A DNA stretch of 64,000 nt from Camelus ferus (taxonomy: Eukaryota), in contig NC_045697.1 of the NCBI RefSeq assembly GCF_009834535.1, forward strand, positions 53,136,001 to 53,200,000, written 5' to 3'. The position numbers were made by a program, and so were the translations under genes. This document shows, one piece after another, positions 1-12,543 of this stretch. Every line of letters begins with the position of its first letter. Position 1 is the stretch's first letter. Below the pieces are notes generated by a model. It made no database searches and had not been told where the DNA came from. It saw only the letters and a list, made by a program, of their open reading frames with translations.

Positions 1-600
1 AAAATATTTGAAGTACATGTTAGCTTGGGTTATGGGAAAGCAACTCCATGCGCCTTTGTGCAGAATAGTTTTCTGACAGTCATCTCTGCCTATCGGTTGA
101 GTATGTTGGCTGAACAGTCAGTCTGAATCTTAGAATGATCTTAGGACAAAATTTCACTGAATATTCAATTATATGTTCATATGATTATATTTTTAGGATC
201 ACTTTTCCTATGACACATTCTTATCAGAAGCTTTGAAAAACAAATCCAAAGAAATAATAAAAATGCATTGTAGAACAATTCTCTCAGAGTACATCTGATA
301 GTATTTTGGTTACTATGAAGCTCAAAAACCATTAAGGTTCATCAGAAAGAATAGTTGATTGTGTAATTGGATAAATTAATTGTCCTAAGTGCTCTAAATA
401 AATACTTTCTTCTGACATATAGAATTTCTAAAAATGTAATGCATTTTATGGCTAAACAAATTTTATATAAGACATGTATTATTCTTTTGGTAAAAGTGAA
501 TGTACTAGAAAAAGTCCATAAAAATTGGTATCTTTGAAAGTCTGAGAAAAATTTAGGTTTTGAAATGAAAATTCTTTGGTTCATATTTTCATGTACTTAC

Positions 601-685
601 CGTTGTATTAGGAGCCTTCTCAGGGCTGATTATTCTGCTGGTCAGAATGACTCCTGCCAGTTACTTCTTGGAAGGTGACAAATGG
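601..685 (-). other. Non-coding exon 1 of an SMR3/OPRPN(PROL1)-family gene; the coding exons lie left of the window
   Basis: TATA box at 710-718. The exon contains CTGGCAGGAGTCATTCTGACCAGCAGAATAATC, which resembles the human SMR3B 5'UTR as recalled. It ends in the consensus donor AACG|gtaagt (600-595). Its position downstream of CABS1 matches SCPP cluster synteny. The transcription start is approximate. Confidence 0.6.
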
Positions 686-709
686 AGGACAAGAACAAGA
701 AATCTCAGC

Positions 710-718
710 TTTTATATA
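710..718 (-). promoter_or_regulatory. TATA box (TATATAAAA) of the SMR3/OPRPN-like gene
   Basis: Consensus TATA about 110 nt upstream of a perfect gtaagt donor. Confidence 0.6.
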
Positions 719-1424
719 AATGCAATGGGTTTCTAGTAATAATAAGGAAAAGGCAACTGGAAGATAAAATAACTTCTGGGTTGATGTTCTTTAAACAAAG
801 AGAGGAAAGTCATTGTTGCCAATTTGGCAATCTTTTTCTGCATGTATTTTTTTTTTTTTTCATTTCTGATGAGCTTTGACCCATTCAGTATTTGGTGTTT
901 CCTGAGGAAACATACCTTATACAATGAATCACAATGTCCTTTTGTCTCAATAAAAATAGTCTGGAGTTTGTCTCAATAAAGATAGTGCCTCTTTAGTTTA
1001 AAGAAAAAGTACAAGGTGTTCTATTTTAAGTAATTTTAATGGGTCATCTTTTGTTACGTGTTACTATTACCGTATTTCCTATTTTATCTAAAATTTAACT
1101 ATGTTATGTGGGAAATTAAAAAATCAAATTATTTTAAAATTAAACTCTGACATGATCTAGAGATAATTTGGGGGGAAAATCTAGAATTAAAATGAGAAAT
1201 CATTATTAAATAGACGTTGCTAAATACCACACACATCACTGTGACCAATTTTACACACCGAGCATCTCGAATACATTGTTTGACTCTTTGGAACACTAGA
1301 CTCTGTCTTGTGTGTTTTGTGTTTCTATTCTTTTTTCAGTTGAGATGATGAAATTGTATTACTCTTTTGTGCTTGGGCGTTTCTACATGTCTGATCCTAT
1401 ATGTTTTTTCTCTCATTTACTTAC

Positions 1425-1521
1425 CATTGGTTTAGTTGAGTAAAAGTTTTGAGGGATTTGAAAAATGAGTACTTGGATTAGGATTTTGATCTAAGTTTTT
1501 GAAATGGCAAGAAAGAAAAAT
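1425..1521 (-). other. Candidate upstream alternative non-coding exon
   Basis: Branch point, pyrimidine tract and AG (ttCTGACttttctcccccttccaccactag), plus donor ATG|gtaagt. Confidence 0.35.
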
Positions 1522-1780
1522 CTAGTGGTGGAAGGGGGAGAAAAGTCAGAAGATTCGTGCAGTTCTCGATCTTAACTGTATTTTAATTCTCTGTAACTGT
1601 TTCAAGGTATTTAAGTTATTTAAAAGATTCTTAAATGGACATTTTAAAGGAAGCATCCTTTTATCAATGAAGAACTGAAACAGTGGTCTGAGGGAGCGTT
1701 CTAAAGGTCTGCTGGTGCTCGCCATTATTAGGTTGAGAAATCTCATGGCAGGATGGCATGAGTTCTGTTATCACCTCTGC

Positions 1781-1788
1781 TTTATATA
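1781..1788 (-). promoter_or_regulatory. Candidate second TATA box (TATATAAA)
   Basis: Consensus TATA on the minus strand upstream of the candidate exon at 1425-1521. Confidence 0.35.
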
Positions 1789-2338
1789 CACCCGGGCACT
1801 AATGAACCTAAGTCTCCTGACTTCAAGTCCTGAATTCTGACTTAAGCAGGATTCCACGTTGTTTCCCAAATCTACATAACCTTCATAAATTTACTAACAT
1901 TCAATGTTTTAGTATGCTGTAGAGATTAATCAAGTGAATTTATAGTCAGGTCATTTTACTTCAAAGGCCAGTACCAGTATTTATTTGCTGGGTGATATCA
2001 GGCAAGCTGTTTTACTGCATTTGCCTCAATTTCTTCATTTGAAAAATGTGGACATGTATAATTTTGGTACTGTGGAGTTTTCTAATTCTTTTGTTAACTA
2101 ATTCATTTATTCACCATTTGTTGAATACCTACTGGGTGTGAGACATAGTGCTAGTTGTTAAAGTTACAAAATAGTCACATGTTTGTTGTTAAAAATCTTT
2201 TAGAACTCATAGGTGGTATAGGAAAAAGAAGCCACATTTTGAGAGTTGATCTTAGTTTTAAATTCTTGCACTTCATTTCATTTGCTTTGACTCAGTTGCT
2301 TTAAAAATTCTAATGATATCATCAAGTGTAATAAACTG

Positions 2339-2428
2339 TATATATATAACATATATATATATAAAACATATATATAACATATATATATATAAAACATATA
2401 TATATATATTTATATATATATATATATT
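2339..2428. repeat. (TA)n-rich simple repeat
   Basis: Directly visible. Confidence 0.9.
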
Positions 2429-3150
2429 TGCTAATCTTAGGCTCTGGTCAGTGACTGAACAATGACATGCCCCATCAGTGAAGATGGTTCTATTTTCTAA
2501 GTTAACATGGAGAGTTCGAGAAACCACTTTCTTCTTTGACAATAATTTAGCTTGTCAGAAGATGAGTGTCTCGTTTCCTGTTTTGATGCCAGTATATCAG
2601 CCAAGTGTTTCAAATACAGGTGTGATCTATGTCGTAATGGATCACTGGCACTGAAGGACATAGAATGAACACAGGAAAAGCAGAAGTACAACTTCTGAGG
2701 GGGTTGTGACCAACAAAGAATTAGAGCAACACAAGCCAAAGGAAGCACAGGTCTGTTAAGAAACAAACAGTCACTCAAGTTAAACTTTAATTAATTCCTG
2801 GCTTTAAAAGATCCTGAATGAATGAATAGTCTCTAGAACTGTACCTGAGTGAGCTAATGTCTCTGGTCACAGATAATTCAAGGTGATAGTAGAGTCACTA
2901 TATTGTTGGTGCAGAGACTTATGTGGCAGATGGAAAATATTTTTTTTTTCATATAATTAGAATTTGCAGGATTAAACTCAGTCATGCAGCAGCATATTTG
3001 AAGTCTGCTGCCCTGCTGTGCAATTTCTTTGGATCTATGCAGAGAGTATGAATGTGTTTCTTCTAGGTTATTTATAAGTAGATGATTTGGCTTCTGGGTT
3101 AATAACACTTTAAATATGTATCATGCTTTTGAATTTACAGATTGCTTTTA

Positions 3151-3328
3151 TTTATTTTATTTTTAATGATTTATTTATTTATTGTTTGTGGGGTTTTTTG
3201 TTTTTGTTTTGGGGGGTAGGTAATTAGGTTTATTTATTTATTTATCTTAATGGAGGTACTGGGGATTGAACCCAGGGCCTTGTGTATGCCAAGCATGCAC
3301 TCTACGACTGAGCTATACCCTCCCCTGC
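3151..3328 (-). mobile_element. tRNA-derived SINE (camelid vic-1-like)
   Basis: Minus strand GGGGAGGGTATAGCTCAGTCGTAGAGTGCATG...GGGTTCAATCCCCAG (A and B boxes), A-rich tail, TSD attgctttta at 3141-3150 and 3332-3341. Confidence 0.85.
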
Positions 3329-5458
3329 CACATTGCTTTTAAAATTTTGTGAGGAAATATTTGTTATGAGAGCTTAGTCAGTGAAGCTATTGGGCTTCAA
3401 GAGGAAACATAATTTATTGGACTGAAGGAGTCTAGTACTGTGATATGGGATTAATAACTGGGCTTGCAGATTGAAGAAAAGCTATAGTTCTGATTCGTTC
3501 CATATAGAAACTAGGAGATCTAGTAGGAGATCTAGACCTGAAAGTTCTGTAAACTTTCTAGAAGTTGGCTATAAATTTTTTTGAACTTCCAAGTAGCCAA
3601 GTTAAAAGAAAAATACAACCAGATAAAAAGACTTCATAATGTCCATAAAACAAAATCACAGTTAATGCTTAAGAAAAGTGCCTTTCCAACTATTTAGTAC
3701 CATGAGAAAATTTCTCATTTATTGTCAAGGAGGAAATTTATTATTCTATTGTAAACTTGAAAGGACTCTTCATTGTATAACCTGAATATCTTCAGTATGT
3801 GACCATAAATATACAATTGCCCTTCAACCAGAATTTTGCTAGATTGGTAACTCCAATTGTGTAACCAAACAAATCAGTTCCCTTTCAAGATCTCTCTGAG
3901 GCAATAGTCCTGGCTTCCACTTAATATCCAAAATATGTTTTCTTTCTCACAATTTCATTTTATTAAAAAAAGTGGTTGTATGTAAGTTTTCTCTGTAAAC
4001 TAGATCCAGTACTTAAATATTTAAATTATAAACGTAGCATTTGTTAATTTATATATCATATTTTTCTAATTTCTCCATTTAACATGCAAAATAACTCTAT
4101 GATATTGTCAGGAAAAAAATTAACATCCTAGTTTTTTAAACAGAGAAAGACCTGAGGAGTGGAGTTACTGTTCAGACCATATTACTCTTTTTTGATAAGG
4201 TTTTTTCCTTAAAAAAATTATTCATAGTCCTTGATAAGAATTGCTATGTAAAAATAATGAAGTACTCTAAAAAATAGTCTATTTAAAACAATTTAGATTA
4301 TATGTATCATCTCCTGAAAGTTAGTCTTAAATGATTGTGCCCCAGTATTTTGGGGGAAAATGACACATTGTTCTCTAAAATGGAAATTGAAAGAACCTCA
4401 GTTCTTGAATTGGCTTTGCTACCTGTGAATAGTATGGCCTTGGGAGAAAGTTCATTAATCTATCATGGTTTTATTTTCTTCTTTGTAAAATGAGAAATTA
4501 TATTGTAAAGCTCCCTGCCCCATTGCAGGCAGATCTAGGTTTGAAGGGTCTAAAGCTTATATAATTTGGGGAGCTGACTATAAGGAAAAGTATACAAAGT
4601 TATAATTACAAAATACCTGCAGCCAATCCAAGTTCATGTTATAGGGGACTATGAATACATGATGGTACCAGCCATCCAAAGTCTGCTGGTTATAATGGGA
4701 GATGTGCCCAAGGTTAAGTTGAAATAGTAAGAGAAGGCAGTGTTAACTGATAGTAGTTTAAATATCTTACTTTTGCAGATTAAAGAAAAAAAAAAGCGCC
4801 TTTTCAAACACACTGTATTAGACCCTCAGAAGGATGAAGTTCTCAGCAAGGGCATTCTTCAGCTTCAGTTTCATTTGCATTGTCATTAATCTCCTGGACC
4901 TTTCAAATTCTCACGTTTGTTCTAAATTTTGATGTGCCAGATAGCCACCTGGAGGCTGGTGATACCGAAAAATTCAGGGATCAAGTGGCTGAGGTTCTGA
5001 TTTTATTAGGTTTTGGTTGGGACCCAAGAAACTGCATTGTTAGTAAATAACCATGGGTAATTCTGACACTGGTGTTTTATAATGTATACTTTGAGCAGAA
5101 CAGCACCTACAGAATCCAAACCAAGGGCTGGAAATAGACAAGAAAACCACCTCTTTCACTTCAACTGGAAGCTGTTACTGAGAGCAACTGATGTTTTGGG
5201 AAAACAGCCAGGAAAGGCTATTAAAGGCTAGATGTGAATTTCAGCAGGCTTCTCCTTCCATGTATAAAGAAACTTTGATCTCCCGCAGATAGAAAGGCAG
5301 AAATATTTGAAGACCAGACCATGGATTCAATCACCAGAATAACAGCATTCCAGACAAGGCTGGATTCTTAACCCAGGCAGATCTGCAAGACCTAGTTTAG
5401 CGCTTTGACCTGTGAGGAATGGGACTCTGCAATATGGATTTATCTTTAGATGTCTTGG

Positions 5459-5912
5459 TGTATCAATTAGCTTTTTCTGTGTTACAAACCACTGCAAAAC
5501 TTGGTGGCTTAACACAACAGTTTAATATTTCTTATGTCTATATGCCTGCTTGGAAGTTATCCTGGTCTGGCTAGGCTTGATTGATCTTGGCTGAGCTTGC
5601 TTATGTGAGTGTTCAGCTGGTGTGTTGGCTGGAGGCTGGCTTGTCCAAAATGGCCTTGGCTGGAACAGCTTCATACCCCTCCACATAGTCAGGGCCGCAT
5701 TCATGTGATGTGAGGGGTTCATAAGAAAACCAGAAATGTGTAAATGTTTTTTTTTCAAATCTCTACTTTTCTCAAGTTTGACTGATACAGTGTTGTCCCA
5801 CTGGCAAAAATATGTTAGTGGTCAAGCCCAGAGACGGTGTAAGAGGATCCCCAAAAGGCTTGTATAAATGGAGGTATGAAAAATTGGGGCCATTAATTCA
5901 ATAAATACTACA
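5459..5912. mobile_element. ERVL-MaLR (MLT1-type) solo LTR
   Basis: TG...CA ends; motif tgttacaaaccactgcaaaacttggtggcttaacacaaca. Confidence 0.6.
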
Positions 5913-5979
5913 TATGATGTCCCCAACTTTGTGCCTCAGTGTTTAATTTTAAAGAATCTAAAGTTGAGCTTAGTCTGCT

Positions 5980-6180
5980 GTAGTGTTTGACAACCTTGAC
6001 ACTTAATATTTTGGGCCAGATAATTCTTTGTTATGGGAGACTATATTATGCATCCCTGGCTTCTACCCACTAGATGCCAGCAGCATCCTCCCAGCTGTAA
6101 TGACCTAAAATGTTCCAGACATTGCTGGGAGAAAATTTCTGCCGTCGGGAGAAAATTACCCCTGGTAGAGAACCACTAGT
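5980..6180. mobile_element. MER20 (hAT) DNA transposon remnant
   Basis: Motifs ttttgggccagataattctttgtt, catccctggcttctacccactagatgccagcagca and gagaaccact. Confidence 0.75.
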
Positions 6181-6289
6181 CTAGATGAAGGAATAACTCC
6201 TGATTTCATCACCTAATTGACTTGTTCAAGTTTAGCTCTCTACAGGGTATTTTTGATTTTTGCCTACTCTAGGCTTTAAAGCTGTATAG

Positions 6290-7500
6290 AGATTGGATTG
6301 TAGGAGGTGAAACTAGAGGAAGAAAGATCTATTAAAAAGCTATTAAATTTATCCAGAGGGGTTAGGGTAGTGGCAATGGGAGTGCAGTGAAATGAACAGA
6401 ATCAAGAGATTTTCAAGTGATCAACAGGTCTTTTTGATAGATTGGATATAGAGGGTGAAGAAGAGAGTGATGTCAAGGATGATGCCTATGAATTAGGTAA
6501 AATTACGGGAATAAGTTGGTACTTGAGCCAGAGGGGTTGGATTTGACTAAGGTATATGGAGATACTTGGAAACCCATTCCAGAACAACAGAGACATATGA
6601 GCCAAAAATATGAAGAAGAGAATGGGATATATGTAGTTAACATTGAACCTAGGCTGGCAGATATAACAGTAGTAAGAGTGAATAGCAAGAACAGGGCTCC
6701 TAGGGAAACCTGTATATATAGCAACAGATGGAACTTCTGTTATAAAATTAATGAGTAGGAATTGTCAGAAATGTTTCAACTTCAGTTAAGAGGGGTTTGA
6801 GTCAACAGGTTGGTTACATGGATAATATCTGTAGTGGACAAAATGGAGAGGTGGACAGGGAAACCAGGGTAACAGAAGGATTGCCAGGCAGATCTGAGGG
6901 CCCTGTGAGTATGAGGGCCTTGAATTTGAGTGGTGTCTCTTTCTAAAGTTGGATGTTTTTTCTCAGCAGCACTAGGTACATTTTGTAATACATTCAGAGG
7001 AAGTAATTATTTATATTAACCAAAGATTGAGATTTTACCAAATTGATGAGCTATTAGAAAAAAAATTAATTTTATGGTATTTGCAAGCTAGTGTTTAAGA
7101 TATTGGCCATACCACCCTGAAAATGCCTGATCTCATCTAAATTGATGATTTTATATCTAAGGATATAAAAGTTGAAGGGGGACTCTGGGGAGATATTAAA
7201 TATTCAAGGAATGGAGATCCTATTGAGTTTAAAGGGTTCATGTAGTGAGACTAACTAAGTGCAATATCTGGGAGTATGGGAAGTTTTGATCAAAGAGGTT
7301 TTGATCAGGTGTATCTTGATATAAGATTTTATAGGTGGGGTATATCTGTGTGATGACAGCAAGGTCCAGGTTACTTGTGTAGCTGATGGGAAATAAAGGT
7401 CATTCAAGATGATAAAATCAAGGAATAGATTAATCTGGGTTTTAATGGATTGTCAATGTGGATTGTGACATTTCCCTGAACTATGGTGGTGCTTGGAATA
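6290..7500. mobile_element. Old L2 LINE fragments
   Basis: Purine-rich L2-like motifs (gtcaaggatgatgcct, ggtagtggcaatggga); boundaries approximate. Confidence 0.5.
7105..7139 (+). pseudogene. 5S rRNA 5' fragment (~35 nt)
   Basis: ggccataccaccctgaaaatgcctgatctcatcta matches 5S GGCCATACCACCCTGAACGCGCCCGATCTCGTCTG, with differences mostly at CpG sites. Confidence 0.7.
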
Positions 7501-7786
7501 AACACTGTCAATGCAAAGTTCTGTAGAGAGGGTATTTTAGAGAACTGGAAGAGTAACAGTCTCTGTGCTGATTGGCCTTACTGCAGTAAGAACAGCAGCA
7601 AAAGTCTAAATGAATAACCAAAAAAAAAAAAAAAAAGTATTTCTCTCATGTCATGTGTTGGCAACTTTTGGGTAGCATGTTCTGCAGCTCTGTTGTAGGT
7701 GTCTTCTCAGTCCAGGATCCAGGTTGATGAAATAGTCTCTGTTTAAAATGTACAGCTTTTAAGTATAGAGGAAAAAAAGGAAAGAG

Positions 7787-7791
<5 letters not shown>

Positions 7792-7818
<27 letters not shown>
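7792..7818. repeat. (GA)n microsatellite
   Basis: Directly visible. Confidence 0.9.
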
Positions 7819-7822
<4 letters not shown>

Positions 7823-9207
7823 ATTCCTACTTTCAATTTGCTGATTGTGACTTGAGCCAAGCCTGACGATGAGCTATGGAGCTATAATCTACATAAAGGG
7901 AGGGATACCTGGCAAACCTTATGGCAACTATTGGAAATGTAAAATCCTCTTTTTCAAGGAGGTAGAAGTGAATGACTACACTACCATCTACAGTCAGGAA
8001 GCAGCAGACAAGAGAGTGACAAATCCACCTACTTCCCTGCGATTGAGAGGCGAAAAATCAATAGCTCCCATTTGAGAGGGTACATTTATTTCTTATTAAG
8101 AAGTGATCTTCATCTTTGAAAATCTAATTCCTTGTGCTTTCTGCAGGATGCAGTTGTATTAATTATCACCTTTTAAAAAGTTAAACAGTCAGTTTCTCAT
8201 TTTCAACTGGATATAATTCCTCCTTCATCTTTCCTAATACAAAATTATGCTCTTGATTGCATTGCCTTTTCAAGCCATTAGTCTGTTTCTTTTTTAATAT
8301 AAAACAAGTTTTGCTGCTTGGACACTTTTCAACCCTTAACTTTTTTTCTATAATTTGGACCATGTTAAGATACTTATTTCCAAACATTTTGTTGTTCATG
8401 TGCTCTTTGTATTTCTCTTTTTTCCTTCTTTTTTCTTCCCTCTCTTTATAAAAGTGTTTGAACATTCTTTCTTAACCTTTTTTTCCTTTTGGCTTTTTTG
8501 AAAAATTTCTTAGTTCTCTCACCTCTGATTGCTCCTTTTCTATCTACTTTCCTGGCTTTTCTTTCTTCTGGTCTAGGTATGGGTTTCCCTCATGATTCTA
8601 CCTTTATCTCCCCCCACCCCCCCACCCCTCCTGCTTTTCTTTCTCAAGTTCCACTCCATACCACTCCCCTTCATATTCCTCTCTCTTCCTCCTAACTCTT
8701 CTTCTCTTTTAAAAATTATACAGTAGTAAATATACAGGAGAACTTGTGTTTTGAAAATGTGCTAATGATAAAGACAACATGGATTAGGCTAATATGGAGT
8801 TTGTGTGCTCCAGGTTGAAAGAAAATTTTTCTTATAAAACTCCAGGATAAGCAAAACACAAAGCTGACTGGGCCATCCCAGTAAATTCTAAATTTGTTTC
8901 TCCATTCTAGTGCCCTAGGCACTTTTGGTGGGAGAAGTGAAGAGCGTGGTGACTACGCTAGCCAGTTCTGAGTGCCCACTCTTTATTTACCTAGTACATG
9001 TCCTTGATTGTTGATTCATCTCTGTGTGTCTCTGGTTCCCTTTCTCTAGAGTGTCAGTAATAATAGGAATTATTTTATAGGGTTATAGTGAGAATTAAAC
9101 AGTTATACGTCAAGCACTTAAGACAGAATTTGGCACATGTAAGAAATTAAATTTTTTTATTATTTATAAGGTGTATATATATATATATATATGTTTTACA
9201 AATGCTG

Positions 9208-9330
9208 TATTTTTTAAGGGGTGGAGGTAATTAGGTTTGTTTGTTTATTTATTAATGGCAGTACTGGGGATTGAACCTAGGACCTCATGCATGGTAAGCA
9301 TGCACTCTACCACTGAGCTATACCCTCCCC
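9208..9330 (-). mobile_element. tRNA-derived SINE (camelid vic-1-like), second copy
   Basis: Same head as 3151-3328 (gtactggggattgaacc...ctgagctataccctcccc). Confidence 0.85.
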
Positions 9331-11019
9331 TGGCATATTTTTTATAATAAAGTTCTGTGGTGAAACCTTCATTGATTTTCCCTTTTCTATGGAATTAAGC
9401 CAAACTCCTAATCCTGGTCCTTGATAATATGATTATCACTTCCTGTTGTGATATCCATTTTTGTAATTATGTCTTCTGTTCATGGCTGACTTCTAGTTCA
9501 TGGGATTAGGAGCGACTTGACAGTGTGATGTATATTTTATCTATCTTTATATTTCCAGAATCGCAGTCCTGGGATGTTGTGTACACATAATAAGTGTTTG
9601 GAGGGTGTGAGTGTGAATTCCACTCGCTCTCTTAACTCCATGCACTTGCTGTGTTTTTATCCAGCAGTGGGCCTCCTGCCTTTTTTCTGCCTGTTGAAAT
9701 CATTCCTTTCTTTTTCATGTCTGCTAGGAAACTTTTCTTTTTAATCTTCTTACTGAAATTTCATACTACATTCTGGGGATCATTTTTTTATGGCCTTAAT
9801 CATAGTTAGGGCCAAAGTTAGTTAGTTGAACTTTACTTCCTGTATCTTCAGGACTAGGTTTTGTCCCCTTAGCTATTGAATTCACTTTCAACCCTTTGAT
9901 ACCAAGATTTGGTGATTATCTGTTTCTTCCATAATAGTTTGTCCTTTATAGTTTTTCCATAAATGTTTGCTCTCCCTAAAGGGGAATAGATATCTCCTCC
10001 CCTGCTTGCTCATTATTGTTTGTGCCTTTGCATGTAATATTTGCTATAGATTCCTGATGCAGTTATTTGGAGTGAACTACCTTGTTTGTCTTTGCCACCT
10101 GAACCTTTGAGTGATTGTGTTACTTGTATTTGTATTCTTCTGTTTCCTGCCGTTGATCTAGGTAAATTTTTTACTGGATCAGTTGAATGATTTATCAACT
10201 AGAAATTGATCTAATATATTTTCAGATGAAATGATTCATGGAATTGTACAAAATTTCAGTTGAACAATCTCTGGAGAAAATACCTCTCTTAATGAAGGAA
10301 TAGTGTTGGAGATATTTGGGAAAAGAGTATATAAATCTGTAAAAATTTAACTTATTTATTCCTTCTATGCTTTTTGAAAATACATCCTACTGACATTACG
10401 TCTTAGAGGGTAGGATTATATTTGCACTTCTTTGTAGCTTTTATCATTGTTAAAATTTCATGTACATACATATGTATGTATAAAATTACATTTTATATGA
10501 ATTATACATATGTAGTTATTTGGTTATGAATAAGTTCACTGATATTTTACATTAAAAAGTAATTTCTGAGCTTTATAATAGTTTAACATGATGTTATACA
10601 GGGTGACTTCAAAATTTATTTTTTGCTTATGAAGTGTTTACATTTTTTTTTTTCTGGACACATACTTTGTGTGTTATAGAAACATCTGAAAGAGGGAAGG
10701 TGCTGGTAATACTGGTGGCACTCTACAGAGAAGTAAAGAAGAGACCAATACACATGTGTTCAAAAAGATAAATCAAGTTATCTTTGAAAGGTTTTAAAGT
10801 AGGCAAAACTAAAGAAGAAGCAATAAGAACCCACATCCCTATATTTTTATATCTTTTTCTATATTTTTGTTAAAACCAAAATGATGAGAGAAGGTGATCA
10901 CAAATATATCAGTATTCCATTTTTCAGGATCTATAAAAACAAAACAAGACAAAATACTACAAGCCATTAATTAAAAGTACACAAGCTCTTCCTTCTGTTG
11001 TTTTAAAATAGCCTAATGG

Positions 11020-11220
11020 TGGGTCTGGCATTAAAACCTGGGACCATGGAGTTAAATAGATGCAAATTTGCAAACTGGCCTACTGTTTATACTTGTGATC
11101 TTTGGAAAGTCACAAAAATTCTCATAGCCTCATCTTTAAAAAGGAGACAACGATATCTATCTTTACAGGGATGCTATGAATATTAAATGAGGTTTAGTAC
11201 AAGGAGTATTTAATGCAGTT
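11020..11220. mobile_element. MIR SINE remnant
   Basis: MIR core-like tgtgatctttggaaagtcac...cctcatctttaaaaaggagac...gctatgaatattaaatgag. Confidence 0.5.
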
Positions 11221-11853
11221 AACATCAGAATTATTCTGTGTTCTACAATTGGCATTTGTCATTGTGATTTTTATAATATATATTTGGGGTAATTCCAATT
11301 TATATTCATAATTAGAAGTGCCAATATTCAGAAACAGGAGTAATATATGATACTTTCCTATTCTTTAAAATTCCTTCTTAAGAATCATTTTATATCATGA
11401 TGCGTGTGTTTCAGTCAATGGTTATAGCAAGAGAGCTCTTCTGTGGGTTGTGATTTAGTTTATATTTCTATTCTTGAGGCTAATCATAATATTTACTAAA
11501 ATATTTCATCTTTTTTGCCTTATTAGAGCTGATAGATCCTGAAAGAGTGAGGGGTGCAATCCCCCAATGTCAAATGTATATTTGTACAATTTAGTAAACT
11601 TTGAAGTATAAACTAACTTTTGTTTACTAAAGCCGTAATTAAAAGTGATTTTTTTTTCAGGAAAATAAAACACATTTCAGCATTGAGAGGAGAGGGTCAA
11701 AATACATACACATTTGGTGAATCTTTTGTTTCTTTCTTTTAGTAGGGATCTGCTAGCATTGGGTTTATAGATATAACCTATCTGTCCAAGGAGACCAAAT
11801 TTAATTTTTTAATTAAAAGAGAATAAGAGCTTTTAATCCATATGGCAGATTTA

Positions 11854-12484
11854 TTTATTTTTTATAATTCCTTTTTTTAATTGAGTTATAGTCATTTTAC
11901 AGTGTTGTGGCAAATTCCAGTGTAGAGCACAATTTTTCAGTTATACATGAACATACATATATTCATTGTCACTTTTTTTTTTTCACCATGGGCTACCACA
12001 AGATCTTGTATATATTTCCCTGTTCTATACAGTATAGTCTTGTTTATCTATTCTATATGTGCCTGTCAGTATCTATAAATTTTGACATCCCAGTCTATCC
12101 TTCCCACCCCCCACCCCCTTGGCAGCCACAAGTTTGTATTCTATGTCTGTGAGTCTGTTTCTGTTTAGTATTTATGTTCTTTTTTTTTTAAATTCCACAT
12201 ATGAGTGATCTCACATGGTATTTTTCTTTCTCTTTCTTGCTTGCTTCACTTAGAATGACATTCTCCAGGGACATCCATGTTGCTGCAAATGGCGTTATGT
12301 TGTCATTTTTTATGGCCGAATAGTATTCCATTGTATAAATATACCACATCTTCTTTATCCAGTCATCTGTTAATGGACATTTAGGCTGTTTCCATGTCTT
12401 GGCTATTGTAAATAGTGCTGCTATGAACATTGGGGTGCAGGTGTCTTTTTGAACTAGGGTTCCTTCTGGATATATTCCCAGGAG
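11854..12484 (-). mobile_element. 5'-truncated L1 (ORF2 C-terminus, 3'UTR, poly-A)
   Basis: ORF 12188-12487 is the L1 ORF2 end (LLGIYP...CTPMFIAALFTIAKTWKQPKCP...WYIYTMEYYSAIK); perfect 15-bp TSD catatggcagattta at 11839-11853 and 12485-12499. Confidence 0.95.
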
Positions 12485-12543
12485 CATATGGCAGATTTAG
12501 AAGCTATCTGTTTATCTTTCTTTTTGATGTGGCAAAAAAATAC

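Noticed and set aside
1546..1746. 66-aa ORF downstream of the TATA at 1781 as a small protein gene
   Set aside because: No signal peptide or recognisable homology; length compatible with chance
3251..3325. tRNA gene (also 9255-9330)
   Set aside because: tRNA-like SINE head with A-rich tail (and TSD in the first copy), not a tRNA gene
12188..12487. 99-aa ORF as a host gene
   Set aside because: It is the L1 ORF2 C-terminus
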